Shown: positions 37,884-47,270 of the stretch, in pieces | Layout of the letters: each line of letters starts with the position of its first letter | How positions within the stretch are numbered: position 1 is the first letter of the stretch | NCBI GenBank assembly: GCA_039803205.1 | Contig: JBDRYB010000004.1 | Coordinates: 70,940-134,939, forward strand | Length of the DNA: 64,000 nucleotides | Source: a candidate division WOR-3 bacterium | Lineage (GTDB): Bacteria > Hydrothermota > Hydrothermia > JBDRYB01 | Direction: 5' to 3' | Notes under the pieces: generated by a model | Database searches by the model: none | The model's input: only the letters and a program-made list of their open reading frames with translations | Told to the model about the DNA's origin: nothing | Position numbers and translations under genes: made by a program

Positions 37884-38600
37884 CTATAGGGCAAAAAGCC
37901 CCTCTTCCTCTACAACGGTTCCCACAACCACATAGTCTGCCCCTGCCCCGAACGCGGCCTCAGCGGCCTCCTTTGTCCTTATGCCACCGCCAACCAGGAG
38001 GGGAAGGGTCGTTTCGGCCCTCGCGGCTTTTATCATCCCAGGCGGAACCGGCTTAGGCGCACCTGAGCCCGCCTCAAGATATATCGCCTTGAAACCCAGA
38101 AGACAAGCGGCCATGATGTGCGCAACGAGTATATCAATCTTATCCCTCGGAATGGGCTTTGTGCCGGACATAAATTCTACAGCTGTCTGAGCCCCGGATT
38201 CAACCAGTATGTAAGCCGTGGTCACAACGGATAACCCCATTCTCTTTATGTGCGGAGCGGCCCGGACATGCTCCCCTATGAGGAACTCGGGGTTCCTACC
38301 CGATATCAGAGACAGAAGAAGGATGCCGTCAGCCTCGGGCGAAAGCTGGGTTGAGTTGCCGGGGAAAATTATGACGGGTTTCGCGAAGTTTCGCTTGAGC
38401 TCCCTTACGAACCCTGAGAAATCCTCTGAGAGCATGAGGCTCGTGCCAGCCAAAACCGCCTTTACCCTCTCGTCAGGATTGATTCTCTCCGCAAGACGCG
38501 GTATGTCCTCCCTGGGAAGACGGTCAGGGTCTAGGAGCACGAAGAATCCCTTGTCCCTATCTTCCGAAAAGAGTCTCCTTAAGGTATCTGAAAAGGGCAT
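37884..38600 (-). CDS. pcrB: geranylgeranylglyceryl-phosphate synthase family protein (PcrB/GGGPS TIM barrel)
   Basis: 238 aa; FVLLDPDR, AIYLEAGSGA, LLVGGGIRTKEAAEAAFGAGADYVVVGT phosphate-binding motifs of the GGGPS/PcrB family. Confidence 0.8.
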   Translation of the reverse strand: MPFSDTLRRLFSEDRDKGFFVLLDPDRLPREDIPRLAERINPDERVKAVLAGTSLMLSEDFSGFVRELKRNFAKPVIIFPGNSTQLSPEADGILLLSLISGRNPEFLIGEHVRAAPHIKRMGLSVVTTAYILVESGAQTAVEFMSGTKPIPRDKIDILVAHIMAACLLGFKAIYLEAGSGAPKPVPPGMIKAARAETTLPLLVGGGIRTKEAAEAAFGAGADYVVVGTVVEEEGLFAL

Positions 38601-39777
38601 TTTTCCCTTTTTTTAGGGCAAAGGCCGCGAGCCCGGGCGCGCCTGAGAGTATCATGCGGCCGATATATATAGAATCAACGCTTTCAAGGCTCTTTTCGTG
38701 GAAAAGGGGCTTCAGCTGGCCGAATAGGTAATCCAGATCCCGATCCGTGAAATCAAAATATGCCTCACGGAGGCTGTATGAGAGCTCGTAGGACTTCCTG
38801 TCAGCCTCAGACCAGTATCTCTTTGGATACTCTGCCAGGTTCTTTTCCGAGAGGTCATCCTCCAGGAGCGCCCTCGCGCCCACCTGGCCGGCTATCGTTC
38901 CAGAAAGGAGGGCGGGGCCTATTCCACCCCCGGTTATCGGGTCAGCGAGCCTCGCGGCATCGCCGACGACCATCACCCTATCTCCATAGGGCCTGAGCCT
39001 GTGGCCGCCGGTCGGAACAACGGCCAGGATCCGAGAGAGCCTCTTCCCACGAGGAAAATATCTGGCCAAGAAGGTCTCAAGATAAGGCAGGGGATCAACC
39101 CTGGCCCCTCTATCAGCAACACCGACCCCAGCGTTGGCGAGCCCGTCTCTTTTCGTGAAAAGCCAGGCATAGCCGTGAAGCCCTATATCAGAACCGGAGT
39201 ATAGTCCGAGCCAATCCCCCGATATATCCCCATCGGAAAGGAGAACCTGCGCGGTGTAATGGACATCCGCATGGGAAACATCAACGGCCAACCCGAGGGC
39301 CTTTCCCACGGCGGACGCCGGGCCATCAGCGCCAATCACGAGCCTCGCCCTGACCCGTTCATCCTTCCCCAAATGAACGAAGCTGAGCTCTATGTCATCC
39401 TTCGTTCTTCGGGCACCCGTGAACCTCGCTGACACGAGAAACTCAGCGCCAGCAGAAGCGGCCCGGACGGCCAGGTCCCTATCAAATATCCTCCTTTCCA
39501 GGATGTAGCCGACATGGCCTACATGAACATGGAAATAATCCCCTCCGGGGGAATAGACCCTCACATTCCTAACATGATTGGATATCCACCGGGGTTCGGG
39601 CTTCCATCCCAGGGCACCGAACCAGAAATCCGTTATACCCTCCGCGCAAGCTATCTCTCCAGCTACCTGGCGTTGGCGTTCCAGGACAAGAACCCTGAAG
39701 CCGCTCCTGGCGAGCTCATATGCGGCGCATGAGCCGCTAGGCCCAGCACCAACAACCACAGCGTCGTAGCGCTCCAT
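38557..39777 (-). CDS. geranylgeranyl reductase family FAD-dependent oxidoreductase
   Basis: 406 aa; Rossmann YDAVVVGAGPSGSCAAYELARSGFRVLVLER; GGR-family pattern. 44-nt overlap with pcrB. Confidence 0.75.
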   Translation of the reverse strand: MERYDAVVVGAGPSGSCAAYELARSGFRVLVLERQRQVAGEIACAEGITDFWFGALGWKPEPRWISNHVRNVRVYSPGGDYFHVHVGHVGYILERRIFDRDLAVRAASAGAEFLVSARFTGARRTKDDIELSFVHLGKDERVRARLVIGADGPASAVGKALGLAVDVSHADVHYTAQVLLSDGDISGDWLGLYSGSDIGLHGYAWLFTKRDGLANAGVGVADRGARVDPLPYLETFLARYFPRGKRLSRILAVVPTGGHRLRPYGDRVMVVGDAARLADPITGGGIGPALLSGTIAGQVGARALLEDDLSEKNLAEYPKRYWSEADRKSYELSYSLREAYFDFTDRDLDYLFGQLKPLFHEKSLESVDSIYIGRMILSGAPGLAAFALKKGKNALFRYLKETLFGR

Positions 39778-39785
39778 GAGGATTA

Positions 39786-40844
39786 TCAGGGGGAGAGTCC
39801 GGCTTTCTCCAGGATCTTAGCCCTTATTTCCCCAGCGATATCAGGGTGCTCCCTGAGGAAATCCGCGGAGCGCTCCCTTCCCTGACCAAGCTGGGTATCC
39901 CCATATGTATACCACGAACCAGCCCTCTTTACTATGCCCTTATCAAGAGCAAGGTCAACCAGCTCAGCGAACTGATCTATGCCCTTCCCGTAGATGAGGT
40001 CAACCTGAGCGCTCTTGAATGGGGGCGCGACCTTGTTCTTCTGAACCTTGATCTTTAGGGTGTGGCCTATTGCCTCCTCGCCCTCCTTGATCTGGGCGGC
40101 CCTGCGAACCTCTATCCTCACTGAGGCGTAAAACTTGAGCGCGTTGCCTCCGGTGGTTACCTCCGGGTTCGCATACGGGCCAACGCCTATTTTGTATCTT
40201 ATCTGGTTTATGAATATTACCACCGATCCGCTCTTGCTCACGGCCCCGGCGAGCTTCCTGAGGGCCTTTGACATCAAGCGGGCCTGCGCTCCAACGGTCG
40301 TATCCTCCATGGCGCCCTCCAGCTCAGCTCTTGGAACCAGCGCCGCGACGGAATCAACAACAAAGATGTCGATTCCGCCGGAGCGGATCATGGTCTCAAG
40401 TATGTCCAAAGCCTGCTCCCCATCATCCGGTTGTGAGACCCACAGGTTGTCAACATCAATTCCGAGAGCCTTCGCGTATCCGACATCCAAAGCGTGCTCC
40501 GCGTCTATGAACATGGCGGTCCCCCCCTGCTTCTGAGCCTCGGCTATTGCCAGGAGAGCGACGGTCGTCTTACCGCTCATCTCAGGGCCGTATATCTCAA
40601 CTATCCTTCCTCTGGGATACCCGCCAACCCCAAGGGCTATGTCAAGCGCGAGGGAACCCGAAGGTATGACAGGAACCTTCTCAACTGGTTTCCCGCCTAT
40701 TATCTGCACCGCGCCCTTTCCGTAGTTCTTTTCTATGATCCTGAGAGCGGCTTCGAGCGCCTTGGCTTTTTCTGAGGGAGGTTCAGTCTGCTTTGGCTTC
40801 CCGGAAGCCTTTGTCCCCTCATCCTCGTGTTTTTCTTGTGTCAT
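39786..40844 (-). CDS. recA: recombinase RecA
   Basis: Walker [11 protein letters not shown]1/L2 regions, extended charged N-terminus; 352 aa. Confidence 0.95.
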   Translation of the reverse strand: MTQEKHEDEGTKASGKPKQTEPPSEKAKALEAALRIIEKNYGKGAVQIIGGKPVEKVPVIPSGSLALDIALGVGGYPRGRIVEIYGPEMSGKTTVALLAIAEAQKQGGTAMFIDAEHALDVGYAKALGIDVDNLWVSQPDDGEQALDILETMIRSGGIDIFVVDSVAALVPRAELEGAMEDTTVGAQARLMSKALRKLAGAVSKSGSVVIFINQIRYKIGVGPYANPEVTTGGNALKFYASVRIEVRRAAQIKEGEEAIGHTLKIKVQKNKVAPPFKSAQVDLIYGKGIDQFAELVDLALDKGIVKRAGSWYTYGDTQLGQGRERSADFLREHPDIAGEIRAKILEKAGLSP

Positions 40845-41410
40845 GTCTCTTTCTCCTCGATCTTTGGTGCCACCACCCCTTTCTGCTCCTGATACTTCCC
40901 CTTCCTGTCCTTGTATGATCGCCTCGTTATCTCGCTCGCTTCAATGAATATGAGCTGAGCTATACCTTCCCCAGCGTAGACCTTTGCTGGGAGAGGGGTT
41001 GTGTTTGAGATCTCTATCGTCAAGTGGCCCTCCCACTCCGGCTCAAGTGGGGTTATGTTGACCACTATGCCGCACCGGGCGTATGTGCTCTTTCCGAGGC
41101 ATATTCCGAGGACATCCCTCGGCATTCTGAAGTATTCAACTGACCTCGCAAGGCAAAAAGAGTTCGGAGGAATGATGCACTCAGGTCCTCTGAAATCAAC
41201 CAGGCTCCTAGGATCAAAATTCTTGGGGTCAACAACCGTATTCCAGACCTCAGTGAATATCTTGAACTCATCCGCTACCCTTATGTCATACCCATAGGAG
41301 GAAAGCCCATAGGAGATAACCCCGCGGGTGACCAGTTCTGGCACAAAAGGCTCAATCATGCCGTGTTTTAGGGCCATTTCCTCTATCCAGCGGTCGGATT
41401 TAAGCCCCAT
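40841..41410 (-). CDS. dcd: dCTP deaminase
   Basis: Start at internal ATG ([13 protein letters not shown].., matches Dcd N-terminus); dUTPase-like fold motifs. Confidence 0.8.
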   Translation of the reverse strand: MGLKSDRWIEEMALKHGMIEPFVPELVTRGVISYGLSSYGYDIRVADEFKIFTEVWNTVVDPKNFDPRSLVDFRGPECIIPPNSFCLARSVEYFRMPRDVLGICLGKSTYARCGIVVNITPLEPEWEGHLTIEISNTTPLPAKVYAGEGIAQLIFIEASEITRRSYKDRKGKYQEQKGVVAPKIEEKET

Positions 41411-41412
41411 AT

Positions 41413-41790
41413 CTATTCTATAGCGGCTATGCATTCTATTTCCACCAGCGCGTCCTTGGGCAACCCAGAAACCTCAACGCAGGCCCTTGCCGGATAAGGC
41501 TCTGAGAAGTGCCTCGCGTATACCTCGTTCACGCGAGGGAAGTCCTTCATGTCCCTGAGGAATATGGTCACCTTGACTATGTCCTTCATCTCAAATCCAC
41601 CAGCCTCAAGTATGGCCGATATGTTCCTGAGGGCTAGATCCGCCTGAGCCTCAACCCCCTCAGCGAGGGCGCCTGTTTTCGGATCTATACCGAGTTGGCC
41701 TGATACAAAGACGAAATTGCCAACCTCAACAGCCTGGCTGTAAGGTCCAACGGGCTTCGGCGCGTGCTGGGATTCAATCGCTCTCTTCAT
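41413..41790 (-). CDS. ridA: RidA/YjgF-family reactive-intermediate deaminase
   Basis: [39 protein letters not shown] conserved RidA pattern. Confidence 0.85.
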   Translation of the reverse strand: MKRAIESQHAPKPVGPYSQAVEVGNFVFVSGQLGIDPKTGALAEGVEAQADLALRNISAILEAGGFEMKDIVKVTIFLRDMKDFPRVNEVYARHFSEPYPARACVEVSGLPKDALVEIECIAAIE

Positions 41791-41829
41791 GGCTAAATCA
41801 TAGACCCAAAGCTGGTTCCGGTGCAACCA

Positions 41830-42431
41830 GATTAAGGCCCCGATTATCTAACAACGAGTCGTGCCTGTTGATGAGTATGGAAAGTCCATCCTCGTAGGCC
41901 TTTGGAGAGAGGAGAAGAAACCAGCTTTTGCCAAAAGTGGAGGCGACGAGGCTATCGTAGCTGTATCCATATGACCATTTCAGATGGCTTGAGGGGATGC
42001 TGAAGGTATCACCGCTGAACTCCCAGCCACTTATCTCGCCATTCATGAGCTTTCCGATGGTAATTTCCTCATAGTAGTTAATCTTCAGATTAACCGAGAG
42101 AAAAGCGCTATCCCCGAAAACCAGAACTCCCTATACATCACGAAGAAACCGCCGTTTCCGTAGGCTACAATGGGTGCCTCATAGGACAAACCCCCCATAT
42201 TCCTCCCAATAGCCTTCTTCCAGAAGTGCCGTCGCGAGCGGCCCTTATCTGATGAGAACCGTTCACGAATGTGTGCCAGGCAACGAGAAAGTATCCCCCG
42301 CCAAAAGCAACAGCGGGTTGATCGTGGGTTCCTGGCGTGTTGCAAACCGGAAAGATCAGGCTTATCAGAAAGGTAAGCATGATAACCTCCTGTCTGGACA
42401 AATTATGAACCGGAGAGAAGGTAAATTGCAA
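41830..42431 (-). pseudogene. frameshifted remnant of a secreted repeat protein
   Basis: Three consecutive minus-strand ORF pieces in different frames. They carry a signal-like start (MLTFLISLIFPVC) and recurring ..AFGGGYFLVAW.. / ..YGNGGFFVMY.. strand motifs. No intact long ORF. Confidence 0.4.
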
Positions 42432-42469
42432 GCGCTAAAGGCCGAGCTTTAGAATTTTAGCCCCGCAGA

Positions 42470-42757
42470 ATGCTGGTCGCGCTTTTGGAGCTTGATCTCG
42501 CCCTTCCTGGGGTAACGAGCCTGAAGGAGAAGCGCATGGCGCTGAACCGGATAAAGGACAAGGTCTCCAGGCAGTTCAGGGTCTCAATCGCTGAGATCGG
42601 GGATTCAAAGGATTCCTGGGGCTCCGCGTCCATGGCGGTCGTAGCCGTATCTGATGATGGCGCTTTCCTTTCATCCGTTATGGCCAAAGTAATAGACTTC
42701 ATAGAGAGGGAAAGAGGGGTTGAGATAACGAGGTATTCAACGAGATTTATCGGATGA
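42470..42757 (+). CDS. DUF503 (YlxP-like) protein
   Basis: 95 aa; MLVALLELDLALPGVTSLKEKR... matches the DUF503 pattern. Confidence 0.6.
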   Translation: MLVALLELDLALPGVTSLKEKRMALNRIKDKVSRQFRVSIAEIGDSKDSWGSASMAVVAVSDDGAFLSSVMAKVIDFIERERGVEITRYSTRFIG

Positions 42758-43020
42758 TAGAGAGACAGGTGACCATAGTCAACGCCCTGGGCATACACGC
42801 TAGGCCCGCGACCCTCGTGGCTCAGGTCGCCCAAAGGTTCAAGTCGGACATAACCGTGGAAAAGGACGGACTTGAGGTGAACGCGAAGAGCGTCATGGGC
42901 GTGATGATGCTCGTTGCCGCAAAGGGTTCTGTGATAACAATAAGGGCCTCTGGGCCGGACGAGGCCGAGGCAATTGAGGCCCTGGTCCAACTCGTGGAGG
43001 ACGGATTTGGAGAGGAATAA
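42754..43020 (+). CDS. ptsH: phosphocarrier protein HPr
   Basis: 88 aa; active-site GIHARPA (His15), regulatory Ser region (..NAKSVMGVMML..). Confidence 0.9.
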   Translation: MIERQVTIVNALGIHARPATLVAQVAQRFKSDITVEKDGLEVNAKSVMGVMMLVAAKGSVITIRASGPDEAEAIEALVQLVEDGFGEE

Positions 43021-44677
43021 AACCCTCTACGGCACCCCTGTATCAAAAGGGATCGCTACGGGCAAGGCATTCCTGAGCGATGCTCACGGGAGCCCGGAAC
43101 CAGAAGGGCTCTCCGGTGAAGAGGCCTTCGCTCGCGTGAAGGAGGTCCTTGATGACGCGATAAGGGAGATGAGGGAGTCCTCAAGGTTGTTTCCCCCTGA
43201 GATAAAGAGGATGACAGAGGCGCAGATAGCCATCCTTGAGGATAAGGGCTTCCGCGATTCCATAATGAAGGGAATAGAATCCGGCCTTTCTCCACAGGAA
43301 AGCATAACTGAGGCCGCGGAGCGAGTGGCTCTCAGACTTGAGACCTCGCAATCCGAATACATGAAAGAGAGAGCAGGGGAGATAAGGAGCCTCGCGAGGG
43401 AGATATGCAGGTTCCTTGCCGGAGCGAGGGCTATACCCCCTGATTCTGTTCTGGTCTGCGAGGACATGACGGTATCAGAGGCTTTGAGGGCAGTGAAGGC
43501 AGGGGTGAGGGCCGTTATCATGGAGCGCGGCGCGATAACATCCCACGGGGTGATAATTCTCAGGGACTACAGGATCCCGGCCTTGATAGAGGTCTTTGAG
43601 GCCGCTAATGTCATAAAGGAAGGAATGACCCTGGCCGTGGATGGGTCAGGGGGCATGGTTGTGATTGAGCCGGACGAGGAGACCCTCTCATCGTTTCAAA
43701 AGAAACAGGAAGAGGAAAGGATTGAACAGGAAGAACTTGAAAGGCTCATTGGTTTGGAGACCAGGACCCTGAACGGCCACAGGGTTGAGATAATGATGAA
43801 CCTTGATCTCCCTGAGGAGATAGAGCTCGTTGAGAAGGTAAAGAAGTGCGGGGTAGGGCTTTTTAGGACAGAATACCTATTCCTAACCGGCAGAAGGGAC
43901 GAGGAGAGCCAGACGAGGATATACAGGGAAATGGCGAGGGCCAACTATCCCTATGTTTTCACGGTAAGGACATTTGACCTGGGAGGGGATAAGGTGATAG
44001 GGGTCAAGGAGCCAAACCCGTTTCTCGGGATGAGGGGCCTCAGGTTCCTGATGGTGAGGCCTGACCTCTTCAAGGCACAACTGCGCGCTGTCATGAGGGC
44101 GAACGAGCTGGGAAACATCAGGATAATGTTTCCGATGGTCTCATCCCTTGAGGAGCTTTCCGGGGTGAAGGCCCTGTTTCAGGAGGTAATAGACGAGGTT
44201 TCGCCTCCGCATGTCCCTGATTTTGGCATAATGGTTGAGGTTCCATCTGTCATCATGATGGCGAAGGAGTTCGCCAGAGAGGTTGATTTCATGTCCATAG
44301 GCACGAACGACCTAACCCAATATACTCTCGCTGTTGACAGGCAGAACTTCAGGGTCTCTCACCTATACCAGCAGCTGGACCCCAGCGTGCTCAGGGGGGT
44401 CTACAGGGTGGTGGAGGCCGGAGCTGAGGCAGGTATTCCAGTAGCCGTGTGCGGAGAGCTCGCTTCCGATCCCATTGGAGCGCTCGTTCTTCTGGCCCTT
44501 GGGGTCCGAGAGCTCTCGGTCTCGCCCCCGAATTACCTGAGAACGAAAAAGCTGGTGATGAACCTCGCTTTGGGGGACACGGATATGCTCCGAGAGAGCA
44601 TACTTTCAGCGAGGACCCCGGAGGATGTGAAACGGATGGCCCATTGGCTCATGAAGCAAAAGGGGATTCCAGCATGA
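43007..44677 (+). CDS. ptsI: phosphoenolpyruvate-protein phosphotransferase (PTS enzyme I)
   Basis: PEP-utilising His domain (ITSHGVIILRD), GTNDLTQYTLAVDR, CGELA. No ATG/GTG; TTG starts at 42974 or 43007 (43007 aligns with the EI N-terminus). Confidence 0.85.
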   Translation: MERNKTLYGTPVSKGIATGKAFLSDAHGSPEPEGLSGEEAFARVKEVLDDAIREMRESSRLFPPEIKRMTEAQIAILEDKGFRDSIMKGIESGLSPQESITEAAERVALRLETSQSEYMKERAGEIRSLAREICRFLAGARAIPPDSVLVCEDMTVSEALRAVKAGVRAVIMERGAITSHGVIILRDYRIPALIEVFEAANVIKEGMTLAVDGSGGMVVIEPDEETLSSFQKKQEEERIEQEELERLIGLETRTLNGHRVEIMMNLDLPEEIELVEKVKKCGVGLFRTEYLFLTGRRDEESQTRIYREMARANYPYVFTVRTFDLGGDKVIGVKEPNPFLGMRGLRFLMVRPDLFKAQLRAVMRANELGNIRIMFPMVSSLEELSGVKALFQEVIDEVSPPHVPDFGIMVEVPSVIMMAKEFAREVDFMSIGTNDLTQYTLAVDRQNFRVSHLYQQLDPSVLRGVYRVVEAGAEAGIPVAVCGELASDPIGALVLLALGVRELSVSPPNYLRTKKLVMNLALGDTDMLRESILSARTPEDVKRMAHWLMKQKGIPA

Positions 44678-45477
44678 GAGAAAACCCTCCTCTTTGGGAC
44701 GAGGTAGAGGTTACCAGGGCTATATTCAAAGCATATTCCGAGAAGTTTATCAGGAGCCTTGAACTGGATGTCGCGATAGTCGGAGCTGGGCCGAGCGGCC
44801 TGGTCGCGGGATATTACTTGGCAGGCGAGGGTTTTTCGGTTTCCATATTTGAGCGAAAGCTGGCGCCAGGTGGGGGGATGTGGGGAGGGGGGATGATGTT
44901 CAACGAGATAGCTGTCCAGGAAAGCGCCCTGCCAATCCTCAAGGAGTTCGGGATAAGATATGAGAACGCTGGATGTGGGCTTTACACAGCTGATTCCGTT
45001 CACTCCACGGCCATGCTCCTGGCCGGGGCAACATCCAGGGGGGTGAGAATATTCAATTGCGTGTCGGTTGAGGACATAATGGTGAGGGAGGGAAGGATAA
45101 CCGGAATCGTTATACAGTGGACCCCCGTGGGGCTCGCTAAAATGCATGTTGATCCCTTGACCGTGCGAGCCAAAGCGGTAATTGACGGGACAGGCCATCC
45201 AGCTGAGATAGCTCGCATGGTCCAGGATAAGCTGAAGGCAAACCTGAACACCCCCACGGGAAGGATAATGGAGGAGAGGCCCATGTGGGCTGAGAGGGGA
45301 GAGGAGGAGGTTGTCCAGAATACCAGGGAGGTATATCCTGGCCTCTGGGTCATGGGAATGGCCGCGAACGCTGTATTTGGCTCGTCGCGCATGGGGCCTG
45401 TTTTCGGGGGGATGCTCCTCTCGGGGAAACGGGCGGCAGAGGAGGTTGGGGATTACCTGAGAAGATGTGGGTCCTGA
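44674..45477 (+). CDS. thi4: Thi4-family thiazole synthase (archaeal/eukaryote type)
   Basis: ATG overlaps the ptsI stop. DVAIVGAGPSGL FAD-binding; Thi4-family pattern (GGGMWGGGMMFN, ..VIDGTGHPAE..). Confidence 0.75.
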   Translation: MRENPPLWDEVEVTRAIFKAYSEKFIRSLELDVAIVGAGPSGLVAGYYLAGEGFSVSIFERKLAPGGGMWGGGMMFNEIAVQESALPILKEFGIRYENAGCGLYTADSVHSTAMLLAGATSRGVRIFNCVSVEDIMVREGRITGIVIQWTPVGLAKMHVDPLTVRAKAVIDGTGHPAEIARMVQDKLKANLNTPTGRIMEERPMWAERGEEEVVQNTREVYPGLWVMGMAANAVFGSSRMGPVFGGMLLSGKRAAEEVGDYLRRCGS

Positions 45478-47249
45478 GCCTTTTCTTCGCCGCAAAAGAT
45501 GCCGATCTGAAGGGGCTCATTGAGAGGGACCCGGACGCGGCCATCCCTGTCTTAAAAGCCCTTTCCGAACAAAACGCTATAGCCAGGCCTTGGGTTCAAT
45601 ATACCCTCCTAAAGGCTTATTTGAAAAAGGGGGAAGCAGACAGCGCTGAGGCATTGCTATCGGGCCTTGAAACGCCCCAATTGCGATATGCCCTGGAAAG
45701 GCTATTTGAGCATCACCTTTCCAAAGGGAATTACCGCCGGGTTATCGCGCTTTCCGATAGGTATCCGAAGATCGTGGGGGGGAGGCCTGTGCTCCTCTGG
45801 CAGAGGGCCCAGGCGGAAAAGGCAACCGGGATGACCGAGAGATACCAAAGGACCCTCTACGAGATAGTTGATGCCTTTCCTTCATCGGTCTACGCTGAAA
45901 AGGCAATAGAAACCGGAGGTTTTTCGGCTGAGGATAAGGCTATTGTCCTATACAACAGGGGAAGATACAAGGAGGCCATTTCCGTTTTCAAGAGGGCAAA
46001 ACCCATATCAGGACTCGCTTATCACGCTTATTTCATGAGCCTTTACAGGACAAAGGATTACTCCGGAGCTGTCTCGTTATACGAGCGCGAGGGCATAAGG
46101 AAGCTGGGTGGGCGCTACTCCAACGAGATCTATCTTTACGCTGGGATCTCATACAACAGGCTTGGGATGCCGGACCAGGCGATCTCGGCCCTCATTATGG
46201 TTGATGAGGACATGGCTGAGAGGGCGATAGCCGAGGCCTCCTTCGTAATACTTGAGCGGGGATGCTCCTCTCGCTACCAGGATGTGGTTTCTGCCTTCGG
46301 TAAAACGAGGGATCCGGATGCGCTTTTGAGGCTTGGCCTCCTCGCGTTCGCTCTCGGTGAGATGGGAGACGCGGAAGCATTCCTGAAGAGGGCGCTTGAA
46401 AACAGTCCCTCTGTGGGGACAGAGGGCGCTTGCTATTATTGGCTGTGGCGGACAACCGGGGATGGGTTGTGGAAGGCTCGCTTGCTCTCGGTTGATCCTC
46501 TCAGCTGGTATGGATTGATGGTGAGGCCTTGGATCCCTGTTTCAGAGCGAGATCCCTGTTCCTGGGCGGGTATCGGATGCGATCCGGAGGCAGGCGAGGC
46601 TGTCAGGATAATGACGAGGCTCGGCCTAGCTGATGAGGCCTACGGGCTCCTGAAGGACAAGCCGGAGACATGGTGGGTTGGAGGCAAGGCCCTGGCTAGC
46701 GCGGGGGATTTTCTCGCCGCGAGCAGGCTTTTCACGGAGATATACAGGAGGGCTCCCAAAAGGGATACCCTGCCAGAAGAGCTTTTGAGGGCAATGTATC
46801 CCCTTCTTTACTGGAATGAGATCAAGCAGGCCGCTGACTCGGCAGGGATTGAGCCGGCCCTCCTGATAAGCATCGTCAGGGAGGAGAGCAGATTCAGGCC
46901 CGACGCGATTTCCCCTGCTGGCGCTAAGGGCCTCGCTCAGCTCATGAACTACACAGCTAGAAGGCTCGCTGATTCCCTGGGAATAAGATACAACATCTTT
47001 GATGTCAACGATAACCTTTACCTCGGGGCTGTCCATCTCAGGGAGCGTCTGAACGATTTCGGTAAGGAGTATCTGGCCGTCGCGGCATACAACGCTGGGC
47101 CCCAACCGGTCAGGCGCTGGATGGGTTTCATGGAAGGCTGGCCCCCAGACCTCTTCTGCGAGTTCATCACATACCAGGAAACCAGGAACTACACCAAGAA
47201 TGTGATGAAAAGCTACTGGATATATAAGTGGCTCATTAGTGAGCAATAG
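45465..47249 (+). CDS. lytic transglycosylase (Slt family) with TPR-like N-terminal domain
   Basis: C-terminal SLT catalytic motifs (ESRFRPDAISPAGAKGLAQLM, AYNAGP). Confidence 0.8.
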   Translation: MWVLSLFFAAKDADLKGLIERDPDAAIPVLKALSEQNAIARPWVQYTLLKAYLKKGEADSAEALLSGLETPQLRYALERLFEHHLSKGNYRRVIALSDRYPKIVGGRPVLLWQRAQAEKATGMTERYQRTLYEIVDAFPSSVYAEKAIETGGFSAEDKAIVLYNRGRYKEAISVFKRAKPISGLAYHAYFMSLYRTKDYSGAVSLYEREGIRKLGGRYSNEIYLYAGISYNRLGMPDQAISALIMVDEDMAERAIAEASFVILERGCSSRYQDVVSAFGKTRDPDALLRLGLLAFALGEMGDAEAFLKRALENSPSVGTEGACYYWLWRTTGDGLWKARLLSVDPLSWYGLMVRPWIPVSERDPCSWAGIGCDPEAGEAVRIMTRLGLADEAYGLLKDKPETWWVGGKALASAGDFLAASRLFTEIYRRAPKRDTLPEELLRAMYPLLYWNEIKQAADSAGIEPALLISIVREESRFRPDAISPAGAKGLAQLMNYTARRLADSLGIRYNIFDVNDNLYLGAVHLRERLNDFGKEYLAVAAYNAGPQPVRRWMGFMEGWPPDLFCEFITYQETRNYTKNVMKSYWIYKWLISEQ

Positions 47250-47270
47250 GTTAGCGACGAAAGCTATTCC

